Shown piece after piece: positions 39,367 through 54,500 of a stretch of DNA of 64,000 nt. The notes beneath the pieces are model-generated. The model saw only the letters and a list, made by a program, of their open reading frames with translations. It was not told where the DNA came from and did no database searches. This DNA comes from Thalia democratica (taxonomy: Eukaryota). Position 1 is the first letter of the stretch; each line of letters starts with the position of its first letter. Location of the stretch: assembly GCA_965202585.1 (NCBI GenBank), contig OZ241832.1, forward strand, positions 46,190,001 through 46,254,000, in the 5' to 3' direction. The position numbers were made by a program, and so were the translations under genes.

Positions 39367-41552
39367 TTTGTATGTTGATTAAAGAAAGCAAAACAATACT
39401 TTCAGCAGTTACTGACTGTGACGAATTGACTGTTGAGCAGTTTTGCTTTCTCAGGTACCTTTTACTGATTAATACGAACATTAGCGTGTGAGTTTAAAGC
39501 CTGTATGCTAATAAAAGCAAAGTTGCTTTACTACTAATGTTAAAAATGTTCCAGTGATAAAGAAACAAGACTTAGCCCGATCCAGAAGTGAATTTTTTTT
39601 TAAAGGTTAGCTTTAAAAGTCCAGAAAAACAGTCTAAATGCTACAGCACATCTCTCCATTTAGTGAGATAAACCACAAATGAAACAAATTATACTACTAC
39701 ACACCCGACTTAGTTTTCTTAAGCTGAAAGGTTAAAGTAGTAAAGTTTTAGACAAGGACAAGTGTTTTTTTTCATCTCAAGCTCAAGCAAAGTTTTATTA
39801 TTTTATTTCCAGCCAGCTTTGTTAACCGTAAAACCCATGAAGTATGTTTAACTTGATTACATTTTAAACTGTGCTGATTTGTAAAAAAAAACCGAAAAAT
39901 GCACAAGTATTCGTTTTGTGTGATTTTACTAGTTATCATTACCTTAAATTTACTCATAATAAAAAGGGTAGTACTAAAAAAATTAATTACACCATCTAAT
40001 TCAATTTAACTACTTAAGTTTTAAGTTTGTTCTTGCACATACTAGTCACTTACCTTCTCAAAAACGCGCTGAACATATAAAAAGTTACAAACACATCAAA
40101 AGTTACAAACAAAAGTTTAAAAGCAAGTAGGTTTGTTTTAAAAAGTGCCAATAAGTTTATGTAAAAAGAAAGTAGTTACACAGTTAAAAGTATTTAAAAT
40201 AACTTTTCAAACTGTTTGTTTTAGTTTTTCAACAACGTTTTATCTGTTATACTCGAAACTGAACTAAGACTTTTCTTTGCAGATTTTACAAATAGATTTG
40301 ATCGTAACTTTCCAAAGCAAGATAAAACTGTTTACATTTAAATAAACATCAGTACTGTTCAAAGAATTTTTGCAAGACCAAAATATCAATACGAAGTTAT
40401 TAAAAAGTTTCTTATCAATGCTTATTACGAGAAGAAAAGTCTTACGTAAAAAAAGATGTTAGGCTTATTTTTAAAGCAGTATTAAAAAAGAAGCGTTCCT
40501 AAACAAAAAAAAGTTAAAAATCAAACAGTATTGAAGCAATAATCTTTCAAAACTCATTTGAAAACCTTAATGTTTAGATAAACTTTCGTGTACAATCAGT
40601 ACTTAAAAGGTTGCAATGTGTTTAACAAAGTAAATGTTTTTTAGAGTAATACAGTTAAAGTTTATTATTCCAAAGTTTGTTTCGTCGTTTCAAAACTAGA
40701 TAAAACAAATTGAAACACCTTCACTACATATTTTGAAGCATCGTCAACTGATCAAAGAAACAAAACTACAATTCGAGTAAAATAAAAATGACTTGACCAA
40801 ATAATGAAGCAGTATGATCGAAGAAGTGTATACGTTTTAAGTTAAAGTATGTTTAACTCAATTACAACTGCTCAACTACTAAAAGTAGCTTCTAAGTGTA
40901 CTAAAAACTAGATTCATCGCAATGTTCTGCACAATGTAGGCAGTTGACTAAATGTTTTGCTATGATTAATTCTAAAAAGATTGTTAAACCATTACTAGTT
41001 ATCTCTGACTTGGTATTAATGTTAATCCAAGCTCATTATAAACAAGTTATCTTTTGTTCTCAGGTGTTTCGAACACTTCTGTTGTAACAACAGCATTTGA
41101 GTTTGTAAAAACATGACCAATATGTTTTAGTTATTGCTTTGTCTTTTAATTTATGATCTTTTCTTATCTCAAACATGTACATTGTTTAATCACTTATACT
41201 ATCGTAGAACTTGTACAAACAAACTTAAGTAGTCTTAAACTACATATGCTTTTTAGTTTAGCTAATTAGTTATTTTGTATGTAGTATAAAACTAGTTAAT
41301 TTCTGTCTTATAATGTTGCTATGTCGTTACACTGTAATGATATTGTGTACTCTAACAACTAAAAATCAAAGCTGAATAGTTTTATGAAGCTTGAAGCTAA
41401 GAAAAAAATGTGAAAAGTAAAGACTAGAAAGGCTTAATTTATTTTAATTAGTTAGAACAAAGTGGGCTCTAAACATAAGAAACACTTAAGCTAACATTCT
41501 ACAAGTTTCAGACAGCTTATTTGTTTATGATCGCTTTTTTTTGCTGCTAGAC

Positions 41553-41663
41553 GCCTACGACCATACCACACTGAACGCACCCCATCTCGTCCGATCTGGG
41601 AAGTTAAGCAGTGTCTTAGTACTTGATGGGTGACCGCTTGGGAATACCGCGTGCCGTAGGCTT
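41553..41663 (+). rRNA. 5S: 5S rRNA-like gene, internally deleted (U5)
   Basis: Same 110-nt sequence plus T-run. Confidence 0.92.
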
Positions 41664-44600
41664 TTCTTTTTGAGCTGTTGTATGTTGGATCAATGATTCA
41701 TACCGATCATATACATTTTTCGTTTATCTTAAACTTATCTTACTTTAAAAAAACATAACTTAAAACAAACAGTTGAAGCAGTTTTGAGTCATCAAGTTGT
41801 GTCATACATAGTGTTCAATTGAGTTACAAAGCTGTATACTTCTTTTCCTTTGCATAACGTTTCAGCTGTTAGTATTTTTATGTATTGATGTTTTTATTTG
41901 AAAAATCCATAAGCTACTATGTTCAAAAAAAAAGTCTAGGGTTTGTAAAACGAAAGATTTAATGATGGTTGTACTGAAACTGTATGCTTTTGATTGTCTT
42001 TTTTTTGTTTTGAACAATCACAGTTGTTTACATTTATTTGTTGTATAACTTTGAAACTGTTTTTTATGTTAAGTTTTAAATTGAATTTCAACAAACATGA
42101 TTAATATAGCTTTTTTAATTAAACCTCAAATGATCGAGTACTTTAATAATAATACAAAGTTTATTTAAAGTATAAAATAAAAACTAACTGTTTTATTTTC
42201 ATTTCAAAATATAATCGTTACTTATAGTGACGTAGGACAAATTTTTAAAAACAAACTAAGTAGTTATTTAATGAAAAAAAACAAGTATACAAAGTAAGCG
42301 TATATGAGAATAAGTTTTGTGCAAATAAAGAAGTTTTTAAGAAAAAGCCTACGGACAACACACTGAAGTTAGTTGAAGCTTTTTATGAAACATTCAATTA
42401 TAACTTATTCATAGAACTTGTTCAACGATTTAAACAATACTTTTAAAACATAACTAGCTCCTTTCTCAAAGTAGTTGAAAATGGTCAGATAAAATTACAA
42501 AAGCAATTATAAGGAGCTCAAAAAGCGTTATGTAGAAGTAAAATGTTTCATTCAACTAGCTCTAACTCTTACTTTTGATCTTTTACCAGCACAAAGTTGT
42601 TAAAATTGTACACATATTTTGTTTAGTTAATGGTAGTTTAATACTGCTTAGTAGACATTAAAAGCTAGTTAAACAAATAGGTAGATTACCATAGATTTAT
42701 AAAAAAGCATAGTAAAAAAAAAACTGTTAAAGCCGTTTTAAGCTATCAAATTTTATTATATGTGGCTTAGATAAGTGATATGTACCATGAAAAAGTGATA
42801 GAATTAAATGATAACATCCTGTTACTTCTTTTGTACCAATTGATTTAGTTTGATTTAAATGTTGATGCTTTAACTTGATAAAGCTATAAGCAATGTTAAA
42901 TCAATTAAACAATGCAATTTTTTTAAAGTTAAAGACTCGAATTGTTCTTTTTTGTTCATGTTGTATACTTGTTGATGTTGTTTTTTGCTTATGTTTTTTA
43001 TGAGTTTTAAATTGCAATGCATGTTTTCAATTGTGTTTTAGTTGAAGTTTGAAGTTTTCTGAAACAAGATCAAATAAAGCTGTGAACAATTTGAGTTCAA
43101 TAAAACAGTTTTAAGCTTTGTAAAAAGATTTTGGTCGTGTTACTTCATGATTGTTGTACTGAGATCGCAAGTTTGTTAATGGTTTTCATTTTGACTTGAA
43201 CATCTACTGTTGTTTACACATGTATATTTTACAACTCTAAACTGTTTTATATAGTTTGAAATACATGCAATAAATAGTAATAAAAAATTCTAGAAGCTAT
43301 TGATGAGATTTTTTTATAATAAACAAACTTAAGCTTATTTTGTTACAATTTAATGTATTATTTTCATTTAAAAATATAACATTTTTTTACGATGACGTAG
43401 AATTTTTTTTTTTAGATAAACTAAATATTTGTTAGATATTGCAAAAAGAAGTAAACAAAGTAAGCATAGTGGGAATAAGTATTGTTTGAAAAAATAACTT
43501 AACGAGAAAATCCTATGGACACAAAAATCAAGTTAGTTAATGCTTTTTGCAAAAGTTTAATTACATGTAGCGTAAGAGACTTAAGCGATGCATTTTAATT
43601 GCAACTAGCTCCATCCTCACAAGTAGTTTAAAATGTCATGTAAGAGAACCAAAACAATTGTAAGTACAACAAAGTGACTAAAAAATAAAACATAAAAGTA
43701 AAACTTTAAGTAAAGTGTGTTATACAAACATTCTATATGAACTTTTACCTTGCTTTTGGGCTTTCACCAGCACAAGGAACATTAAGTTTGGTACATTTTT
43801 GTCGTTTAGTTAGAGATTGTTTAACACTGCTTAGTGGGCATTAGTAAACAGTTAAATTAAGTGGTTGTCCTGATAACTTTACATTTATAACAAAAATAAC
43901 TAATGACAAACTGTTTAAGTCGTTTTAAGTCATCAAGTTGTCTCACATGTAGTTGTAACAAGTAACACAAATGAATGGTAAGAAGCTGTTACTTCTTTTC
44001 CTGTGTACCATGTTTCAGCTAATGAATTGGTTTGTTTCATATGTTTGAATAGTTAAGCAACCTAATAAATAGAAGTCGTCTTTGGAAAATTATAGTTTTA
44101 GGTATATACTTTCATCATTTATTTAAGCTGTTTTTGTTTAGGTCAATTGTGTGCTTGTTGATAGTATTATGTTTCTTTTGAACAATCGATGTTGTTTACA
44201 TTTATGTATTGTAATGTATGAATTTTGAATAGCTATGCATGTTTTTGATTGTAATTGAACAATACTTTTATGGAACGTTAACATTTTTTTTTTGTTGTTA
44301 ACAGTTGAAAACATTTTCTATTAATATTTCAGTGAAGTTTTATTGTTATTATTTTCATTAAAAAATATAACTAGTTTTTACAGTGACGTAGCATAACTTT
44401 ACTTTAATAAACTAAAAAACAAATAATTATTGAATGATAAACGAACAAAAGTCCACAAAATAAGCATGAATAAGAATGAGTTCCTTGATTAAATGAGATA
44501 ACAAGAAAAAGACCACGAAAAACACGTTCAAGTTAGTTAAAGATTTTCACTAAGCATTCAAGTACCTTAAGCAATGAGTTAAGGATTAGAGCAGTGATCA

Positions 44601-46515
44601 CACTAGTTTCCTTCGTAAAAGTTACATCAAAAACAAAGTAAAAGTGGAGAAATCATAGCAAGCTTAACTATTTAACTAACAATGGAAAGCGATAAAATAT
44701 AAATTTAAAGTGAGATGTGGTGTTCTTGGATCGTTTATAAGCATAAAGTGGATTAAGAATGAAATTGTGTGAGTTTAGTAGACATTAGCAGCTTGTATAA
44801 CTGATTGGTGGTGCACGTAAGCTTTAGACTTATGGAAAGAATGATTACAGTAGTTTTTATTTGTGTCATGTACAGCCTAAAAACGAGATACAAAAAATGG
44901 TAACAACTTTTTTTCTTTGTATCATGTTTTTATGTGTAGTTGTTTTTATTTGATAAAGCCACTAACAATTTGAGTTGAACACACCATCCTAAGGTTAATA
45001 CAAATATTTCAACAGTACTGTTAAATTGTTGTTATACTTAAATTGAATGTTTGTTTGAAAAAACGCTGTTTTTTACATAAATGAATTGTACAACTTTTAA
45101 TAACTTTTTAACGGTTTCAGTTGCATTCTTATTAACAAGATTAATACATTTTGAAAATAAAATCCAAGTTTAGTTGCTGTAATTGAGTCAAGTAAGTATA
45201 TATTATTGCAAAGTTAAGTTTTTCTCTCATTGTAATTGAATGTATTATTTTCATTCAAACTTTTATTTTTACTTTTAAGTGACATAGCACTATTTCTTTT
45301 AATAAACAAAATTCAAATTTTTTTAAATGTTTGAAAAACAAGTCCACAAAGTAGAATGAATCAAAACAAGTTTTGTTTAAACAAGAAAATGCCTATGGAA
45401 ATTTTTACCTAACACTTAGATACTAAATATTATTCCACAGTTTAAGCAATGATTTCAAACATAACTAGCTCTTTCTCAAAAAGAGTTTCATCAAGTAAAA
45501 GTAAAAAAAAAACTATAGTAAGTGTAACTAAGTGGTAAGACAGGAAAACAGGGATATTATCACTCATAAGTAAACTGTATTATCCAAGTATACTAACTGT
45601 TAATCCACCAACACAATGTAGATTAAGGTTTGTACATTTTGTCGTTTTATTAAGGCTTGTTTGACACAGTTTAGAGACTCTAGTAGCTGGTTAAATCAAT
45701 TGGTTGTCCTGATTACTTTAGATTTAAGGCAAATATAAACTAAACTAAAGCATTATAGTTGTTTTAGGTCATCAAGTTGTATCATATCTAGTTTTTACCT
45801 TAAAATATATGAAACAAGTGGTACAAGCTGTTACTTTTTTTCTTTTGTACCATGTTTCAGCTAATGAATTGACTTGTTTCATATGGTGGCGTTTTAACTT
45901 GACAATATATCTAAACAAGCTAAGTTTATGTTAGCTTTGTAAGAAAGAATAATTAACTGTACTTGAAAATCACACTTGTTATTTTTGTTCTGAACTTTTA
46001 CTTCCATTTTTGTACTTTCAAAAACGTGTTCCACGGTTTCAATCGCATTCAAAATGTTAAGAAGAACACACTTGAAAAGTTATAGCTCATTGTGTTACTT
46101 ACAAACAACAAAAACTTAAAAAGATAATTTAAGTTGTTTTTTTTTTGTTATAAGTTGAACATAAAGTTTTTTTAAAAACGAATACACTTACTTACTGAAT
46201 GTTTTAACAGAAGTTCAACAAATGAATAAGAAGTAGTTTTCTTTATAAAAAATGTTAAGAAGAAAATAACTTACGGACAATATATTCAAGTTAGTTAAAC
46301 CTTTTTTGCAAATATTTTTATTGCTACTACTATTTTTTTCATGTTAGATTTATTCCATAATGTAAGAGTTGAGTAGGACAAAATAGTTTGTCTTTTTATT
46401 TGTATAAATATCAATATGTTGGTATTACTGTTAAAGCAAATTTTACTTACAAGTAGTTATCTAATAGCTGGTTTTATTCAAATGGTGGTCCTAAAAAGGA
46501 CCGGTTGTTGAGCAT

Positions 46516-46875
46516 TTATTTTGAGCTGGTGTATTTGGTAACAGCTTTAGTTCCTTCTGAAACTGCGTGCTTTGACAACTCGCCGGGGAGCAAGAGCCTG
46601 ACAGCAGTTTGAATTTCGCGGCTGCTCACAGTTGACCTCTTGTTGTAATGAGCCAAACGTGAAGCCTCTGCTGCAATGCGCTCGAAGATGTCGTTGACAA
46701 AAGAGTTCATGATTCCCATCGCCTTGCTGGAGATTCCGGTGTCGGGGTGCACTTGCTTCAAAACTTTGTACACGTAAATGCCAAAGCTTTGTTTGTGCCT
46801 CCTCCTTCGCTTCTTCTTGCCGTCGACCGGAGTGGTCTTGGCTACTGATTTCTTCGCGCCTTTGGTAGCTGTCAT
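46516..46875 (-). CDS. H2B: Histone H2B (U5)
   Basis: Intact 119-aa ORF. Confidence 0.98.
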   Translation of the reverse strand: MTATKGAKKSVAKTTPVDGKKKRRRRHKQSFGIYVYKVLKQVHPDTGISSKAMGIMNSFVNDIFERIAAEASRLAHYNKRSTVSSREIQTAVRLLLPGELSKHAVSEGTKAVTKYTSSK

Positions 46876-47017
46876 AATGATGAGTGAACTTGAGTCTCGG
46901 CGCTGGTATATATACTGAAAATTTATGCAAATTAGCAGTTCTGTACGCGAACGACCGCTTCTCTCGTTTGTCGTAAATGTTTTAGGTGGTCCTGAAAAGG
47001 ACCTGGGATGTTTAAAC

Positions 47018-47398
47018 TTAGGCGGACTTTTTTGAAGCGGTCTTCTTAGGCAATAATACTGCCTGGATGTTTGGAAGAACACCACCTTGAGCAATAGTGA
47101 CGCCTCCGAGAAGTTTGTTCAACTCTTCGTCGTTGCGGATAGCTAGTTGCAAATGGCGAGGAATGATCCTGCTTTTCTTGTTGTCACGAGCAGCGTTACC
47201 GGCAAGCTCGAGCACTTCTGCGCTCAAGTACTCGAGAACGGCAGCCAGATAAACTGGAGCACCAGCTCCGACTCTTTGGCTGTAGTTGCCAGTGCGCAAC
47301 AGACGGTGCACGCGACCGACTGGAAACTGCAGTCCTGCACGAGAAGACCTGCTCTTCGGCTTAGATTTGAGTTTTGATCCTTTACCACGTCCCGACAT
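47018..47398 (-). CDS. H2A: Histone H2A (U5)
   Basis: Intact 126-aa ORF. Confidence 0.98.
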   Translation of the reverse strand: MSGRGKGSKLKSKPKSRSSRAGLQFPVGRVHRLLRTGNYSQRVGAGAPVYLAAVLEYLSAEVLELAGNAARDNKKSRIIPRHLQLAIRNDEELNKLLGGVTIAQGGVLPNIQAVLLPKKTASKKSA

Positions 47399-47577
47399 GT
47401 TGTTGTTCGAATGATTGTGCAATGTTACTTCCACAGCTACATATACAACTCAAACCTAACCGCGACGAACGAAAAGCTAATTTGCATAAATCGTAGCTGC
47501 TACTTTAATTTGTCAATGGTTGCAAAATACATTTTATTGATATAGGTGGTCCTAAAAAGGACCGGTTCGCTAATTGT

Positions 47578-47952
<375 letters not shown>

Positions 47953-48074
47953 TTACGACAAAACTCATTTGCATACCAAAAAGAAACATCTTTAATTTAC
48001 ATTATTTCGTTTGGTTTTTGTCTCATTTTCAAAGTTTAAAGGTGGTCCTGAATAGGACCGGTTTTAGCCAATTC

Positions 48075-48587
<513 letters not shown>

Positions 48588-48668
48588 TTAGTAACACTGT
48601 TTACGCTTTAAATTTTGTTTATACTTTAATTGAGTGGTCCTGAAAAGGACCTTGGGTAAAAGAACAAC

Positions 48669-49253
48669 TTATTTCTTGCAGCTCTTCTTGGTACTTGCCT
48701 TCTTAGATGCTTTTTTGGCTGCCGGCTTCTTCTTTGTTACTTTCTTCTTCTTGCTTGCAGCTTTTTTAGATGCTGCCTTCTTAGGAGCACACTTTTTAGC
48801 AGGTCGCTTTTTGGCTGCTGGTTTTTTTGCTGCCTTCTTGGGAGCACACTTCTTCACTCGTTTTTTAGCTGCGGTCTTCTTTACTGCTGGCTTTTTAGCT
48901 ACTTTTTTTGTCCTCTTCTTGGGACCAGCAGCTGGCATTGGAGCAAGCTTGAACGAGCCAGAAGCGCCTTTTCCAGTAGTCTGGAGAAAAGCACCCTTGG
49001 TCACGCCGCTGGTAAGTGCTCTCTTCAAGTGAGAATTAGAAGCTGAGAGCTCAAGCTTGTAGGTTTCCGCGATAAACTTTTGTATCTTCTGGCGGGATGT
49101 ACCTTTTCGTTCTTTCATTGCTCCCAGGGCAGAGCTGATCATTTCCCTGTAAGTCGGGTGTTCTGCCTTCTTGGCGCTTGGTCTCTTGGAAGACCTGGCC
49201 TTAACTGCGGCCGGTGCCGCTGCTGATGGTGCTGCTACTGCTGTTGTAGACAT
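48669..49253 (-). CDS. H1: Histone H1 (U5)
   Basis: Intact 194-aa ORF. Confidence 0.97.
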   Translation of the reverse strand: MSTTAVAAPSAAAPAAVKARSSKRPSAKKAEHPTYREMISSALGAMKERKGTSRQKIQKFIAETYKLELSASNSHLKRALTSGVTKGAFLQTTGKGASGSFKLAPMPAAGPKKRTKKVAKKPAVKKTAAKKRVKKCAPKKAAKKPAAKKRPAKKCAPKKAASKKAASKKKKVTKKKPAAKKASKKASTKKSCKK

Positions 49254-51439
49254 TTTGTATGTTGATTAAAGAAAGCAAAACAATACTTTCAGCAGTTACT
49301 GACTGTGACGAATTGACTGTTGAGCAGTTTTGCTTTCTCAGGTACCTTTTACTGATTAATACGAACATTAGCGTGTGAGTTTAAAGCCTGTATGCTAATA
49401 AAAGCAAAGTTGCTTTACTACTAATGTTAAAAATGTTCCAGTGATAAAGAAACAAGACTTAGCCCGATCCAGAAGTGAATTTTTTTTTAAAGGTTAGCTT
49501 TAAAAGTCCAGAAAAACAGTCTAAATGCTACAGCACATCTCTCCATTTAGTGAGATAAACCACAAATGAAACAAATTATACTACTACACACCCGACTTAG
49601 TTTTCTTAAGCTGAAAGGTTAAAGTAGTAAAGTTTTAGACAAGGACAAGTGTTTTTTTTCATCTCAAGCTCAAGCAAAGTTTTATTATTTTATTTCCAGC
49701 CAGCTTTGTTAACCGTAAAACCCATGAAGTATGTTTAACTTGATTACATTTTAAACTGTGCTGATTTGTAAAAAAAAACCGAAAAATGCACAAGTATTCG
49801 TTTTGTGTGATTTTACTAGTTATCATTACCTTAAATTTACTCATAATAAAAAGGGTAGTACTAAAAAAATTAATTACACCATCTAATTCAATTTAACTAC
49901 TTAAGTTTTAAGTTTGTTCTTGCACATACTAGTCACTTACCTTCTCAAAAACGCGCTGAACATATAAAAAGTTACAAACACATCAAAAGTTACAAACAAA
50001 AGTTTAAAAGCAAGTAGGTTTGTTTTAAAAAGTGCCAATAAGTTTATGTAAAAAGAAAGTAGTTACACAGTTAAAAGTATTTAAAATAACTTTTCAAACT
50101 GTTTGTTTTAGTTTTTCAACAACGTTTTATCTGTTATACTCGAAACTGAACTAAGACTTTTCTTTGCAGATTTTACAAATAGATTTGATCGTAACTTTCC
50201 AAAGCAAGATAAAACTGTTTACATTTAAATAAACATCAGTACTGTTCAAAGAATTTTTGCAAGACCAAAATATCAATACGAAGTTATTAAAAAGTTTCTT
50301 ATCAATGCTTATTACGAGAAGAAAAGTCTTACGTAAAAAAAGATGTTAGGCTTATTTTTAAAGCAGTATTAAAAAAGAAGCGTTCCTAAACAAAAAAAAG
50401 TTAAAAATCAAACAGTATTGAAGCAATAATCTTTCAAAACTCATTTGAAAACCTTAATGTTTAGATAAACTTTCGTGTACAATCAGTACTTAAAAGGTTG
50501 CAATGTGTTTAACAAAGTAAATGTTTTTTAGAGTAATACAGTTAAAGTTTATTATTCCAAAGTTTGTTTCGTCGTTTCAAAACTAGATAAAACAAATTGA
50601 AACACCTTCACTACATATTTTGAAGCATCGTCAACTGATCAAAGAAACAAAACTACAATTCGAGTAAAATAAAAATGACTTGACCAAATAATGAAGCAGT
50701 ATGATCGAAGAAGTGTATACGTTTTAAGTTAAAGTATGTTTAACTCAATTACAACTGCTCAACTACTAAAAGTAGCTTCTAAGTGTACTAAAAACTAGAT
50801 TCACCGCAATGTTCTGCACAATGTAGGCAGTTGACTAAATGTTTTGCTATGATTAATTCTAAAAAGATTGTTAAACCATTACTAGTTATCTCTGACTTGG
50901 TATTAATGTTAATCCAAGCTCATTATAAACAAGTTATCTTTTGTTCTCAGGTGTTTCGAACACTTCTGTTGTAACAACAGCATTTGAGTTTGTAAAAACA
51001 TGACCAATATGTTTTAGTTATTGCTTTGTCTTTTAATTTATGATCTTTTCTTATCTCAAACATGTACATTGCTTAATCACTTATACTATCGTAGAACTTG
51101 TACAAACAAACTTAAGTAGTGTTAAACTACATATGCTTTTTAGTTTAGCTAATTAGTTATTTTGTATGTAGTATAAAACTAGTTAATTTCTGTCTTATAA
51201 TGTTGCTATGTCGTTACACTGTAATGATATTGTGTACTCTAACAACTAAAAATCAAAGCTGAATAGTTTTATGAAGCTTGAAGCTAAGAAAAAAATGTGA
51301 AAAGTAAAGACTAGAAAGGCTTAATTTATTTTAATTAGTTAGAACAAAGTGGGCTCTAAACATAAGAAACACTTAAGCTAACATTCTACAAGTTTCAGAC
51401 AGCTTATTTGTTTATGATCGCTTTTTTTTGCTGCTAGAC

Positions 51440-51550
51440 GCCTACGACCATACCACACTGAACGCACCCCATCTCGTCCGATCTGGGAAGTTAAGCAGTG
51501 TCTTAGTACTTGATGGGTGACCGCTTGGGAATACCGCGTGCCGTAGGCTT
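51440..51550 (+). rRNA. 5S: 5S rRNA-like gene, internally deleted (U6)
   Basis: Same 110-nt sequence plus T-run. Confidence 0.92.
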
Positions 51551-54500
51551 TTCTTTTTGAGCTGTTGTATGTTGGATCAATGATTCATACCGATCATATA
51601 CATTTTTCGTTTATCTTAAACTTATCTTACTTTAAAAAAACATAACTTAAAACAAACAGTTGAAGCAGTTTTGAGTCATCAAGTTGTGTCATACATAGTG
51701 TTCAATTGAGTTACAAAGCTGTATACTTCTTTTCCTTTGCATAACGTTTCAGCTGTTAGTATTTTTATGTATTGATGTTTTTATTTGAAAAATCCATAAG
51801 CTACTACCATATGTTCAAAAAAAAAGTCTAGGGTTTGTAAAACGAAAGATTTAATGATGGTTGTACTGAAACTGTATGCTTTTGATTGTCTTTTTTTTGT
51901 TTTGAACAATCACAGTTGTTTACATTTATTTGTTGTATAACTTTGAAACTGTTTTTTATGTTAAGTTTTAAATTGAATTTCAACAAACATGATTAATATA
52001 GCTTTTTTAATTAAACCTCAAATGATCGAGTACTTTAATAATAATACAAAGTTTATTTAAAGTATAAAATAAAAACTAACTGTTTTATTTTCATTTCAAA
52101 ATATAATCGTTACTTATAGTGACGTAGGACAAATTTTTAAAAACAAACTAAGTAGTTATTTAATGAAAAAAAAACAAGTATACAAAGTAAGCGTATATGA
52201 GAATAAGTTTTGTGCAAATAAAGAAGTTTTTAAGAAAAAGCCTACGGACAACACACTGAAGTTAGTTGAAGCTTTTTATGAAACATTCAATTATAACTTA
52301 TTCATAGAACTTGTTCAACGATTTAAACAATACTTTTAAAACATAACTAGCTCCTTTCTCAAAGTAGTTGAAAATGGTCAGATAAAATTACAAAAGCAAT
52401 TATAAGGAGCTCAAAAAGCGTTATGTTTTATTCAACTAGCTCTAACTCTTACTTTTGATCTTTTACCAGCACAAAGTTGTTAAAATTGTACACATATTTT
52501 GTTTAGTTAATGGTAGTTTAATACTGCTTAGTAGACATTAAAAGCTAGTTAAACAAATAGGTAGATTACCATAGATTTATAAAAAAGCATAGTAAAAAAA
52601 AAACTGTTAAAGCCGTTTTAAGCTATCAAATTTTATTATATGTGGCTTAGATAAGTGATATGTACCATGAAAAAGTGATAGAATTAAATGATAACATCCT
52701 GTTACTTCTTTTGTACCAATTGATTTAGTTTGATTTAAATGTTGATGCTTTAACTTGATAAAGCTATAAGCAATGTTAAATCAATTAAACAATGCAATTT
52801 TTTTAAAGTTAAAGACTCGAATTGTTCTTTTTTGTTCATGTTGTATACTTGTTGATGTTGTTTTTTGCTTATGTTTTTTATGAGTTTTAAATTGCAATGC
52901 ATGTTTTCAATTGTGTTTTAGTTGAAGTTTGAAGTTTTCTGAAACAAGATCAAATAAAGCTGTGAACAATTTGAGTTCAATAAAACAGTTTTAAGCTTTG
53001 TAAAAAGATTTTGGTCGTGTTACTTCATGATTGTTGTACTGAGATCGCAAGTTTGTTAATGGTTTTCATTTTGACTTGAACATCTACTGTTGTTTACACA
53101 TGTATATTTTACAACTCTAAACTGTTTTATATAGTTTGAAATACATGCAATAAATAGTAATAAAAAATTCTAGAAGCTATTGATGAGATTTTTTTATAAT
53201 AAACAAACTTAAGCTTATTTTGTTACAATTTAATGTATTATTTTCATTTAAAAATATAACATTTTTTTACGATGACGTAGAATTTTTTTTTTTAGATAAA
53301 CTAAATATTTGTTAGATATTGCAAAAAGAAGTAAACAAAGTAAGCATAGTGGGAATAAGTATTGTTTGAAAAAATAACTTAACGAGAAAATCCTATGGAC
53401 ACAAAAATCAAGTTAGTTAATGCTTTTTGCAAAAGTTTAATTACATGTAGCGTAAGAGACTTAAGCGATGCATTTTAATTGCAACTAGCTCCATCCTCAC
53501 AAGTAGTTTAAAATGTCATGTAAGAGAACCAAAACAATTGTAAGTACAACAAAGTGACTAAAAAATAAAACATAAAAGTAAAACTTTAAGTAAAGTGTGT
53601 TATACAAACATTCTATATGAACTTTTACCTTGCTTTTGGGCTTTCACCAGCACAAGGAACATTAAGTTTGGTACATTTTTGTCGTTTAGTTAGAGATTGT
53701 TTAACACTGCTTAGTGGGCATTAGTAAACAGTTAAATTAAGTGGTTGTCCTGATAACTTTACATTTATAACAAAAATAACTAATGACAAACTGTTTAAGT
53801 CGTTTTAAGTCATCAAGTTGTCTCACATGTAGTTGTAACAAGTAACACAAATGAATGGTAAGAAGCTGTTACTTCTTTTCCTGTGTACCATGTTTCAGCT
53901 AATGAATTGGTTTGTTTCATATGTTTGAATAGTTAAGCAACCTAATAAATAGAAGTCGTCTTTGGAAAATTATAGTTTTAGGTATATACTTTCATCATTT
54001 ATTTAAGCTGTTTTTGTTTAGGTCAATTGTGTGCTTGTTGATAGTATTATGTTTCTTTTGAACAATCGATGTTGTTTACATTTATGTATTGTAATGTATG
54101 AATTTTGAATAGCTATGCATGTTTTTGATTGTAATTGAACAATACTTTTTATGGAACGTTAACATTTTTTTTTTGTTGTTAACAGTTGAAAACATTTTCT
54201 ATTAATATTTCAGTGAAGTTTTATTGTTATTATTTTCATTAAAAAATATAACTAGTTTTTACAGTGACGTAGCATAACTTTACTTTAATAAACTAAAAAA
54301 CAAATAATTATTGAATGATAAACGAACAAAAGTCCACAAAATAAGCATGAATAAGAATGAGTTCCTTGATTAAATGAGATAACAAGAAAAAGACCACGAA
54401 AAACACGTTCAAGTTAGTTAAAGATTTTCACTAAGCATTCAAGTACCTTAAGCAATGAGTTAAGGATTAGAGCAGTGATCACACTAGTTTCCTTCGTAAA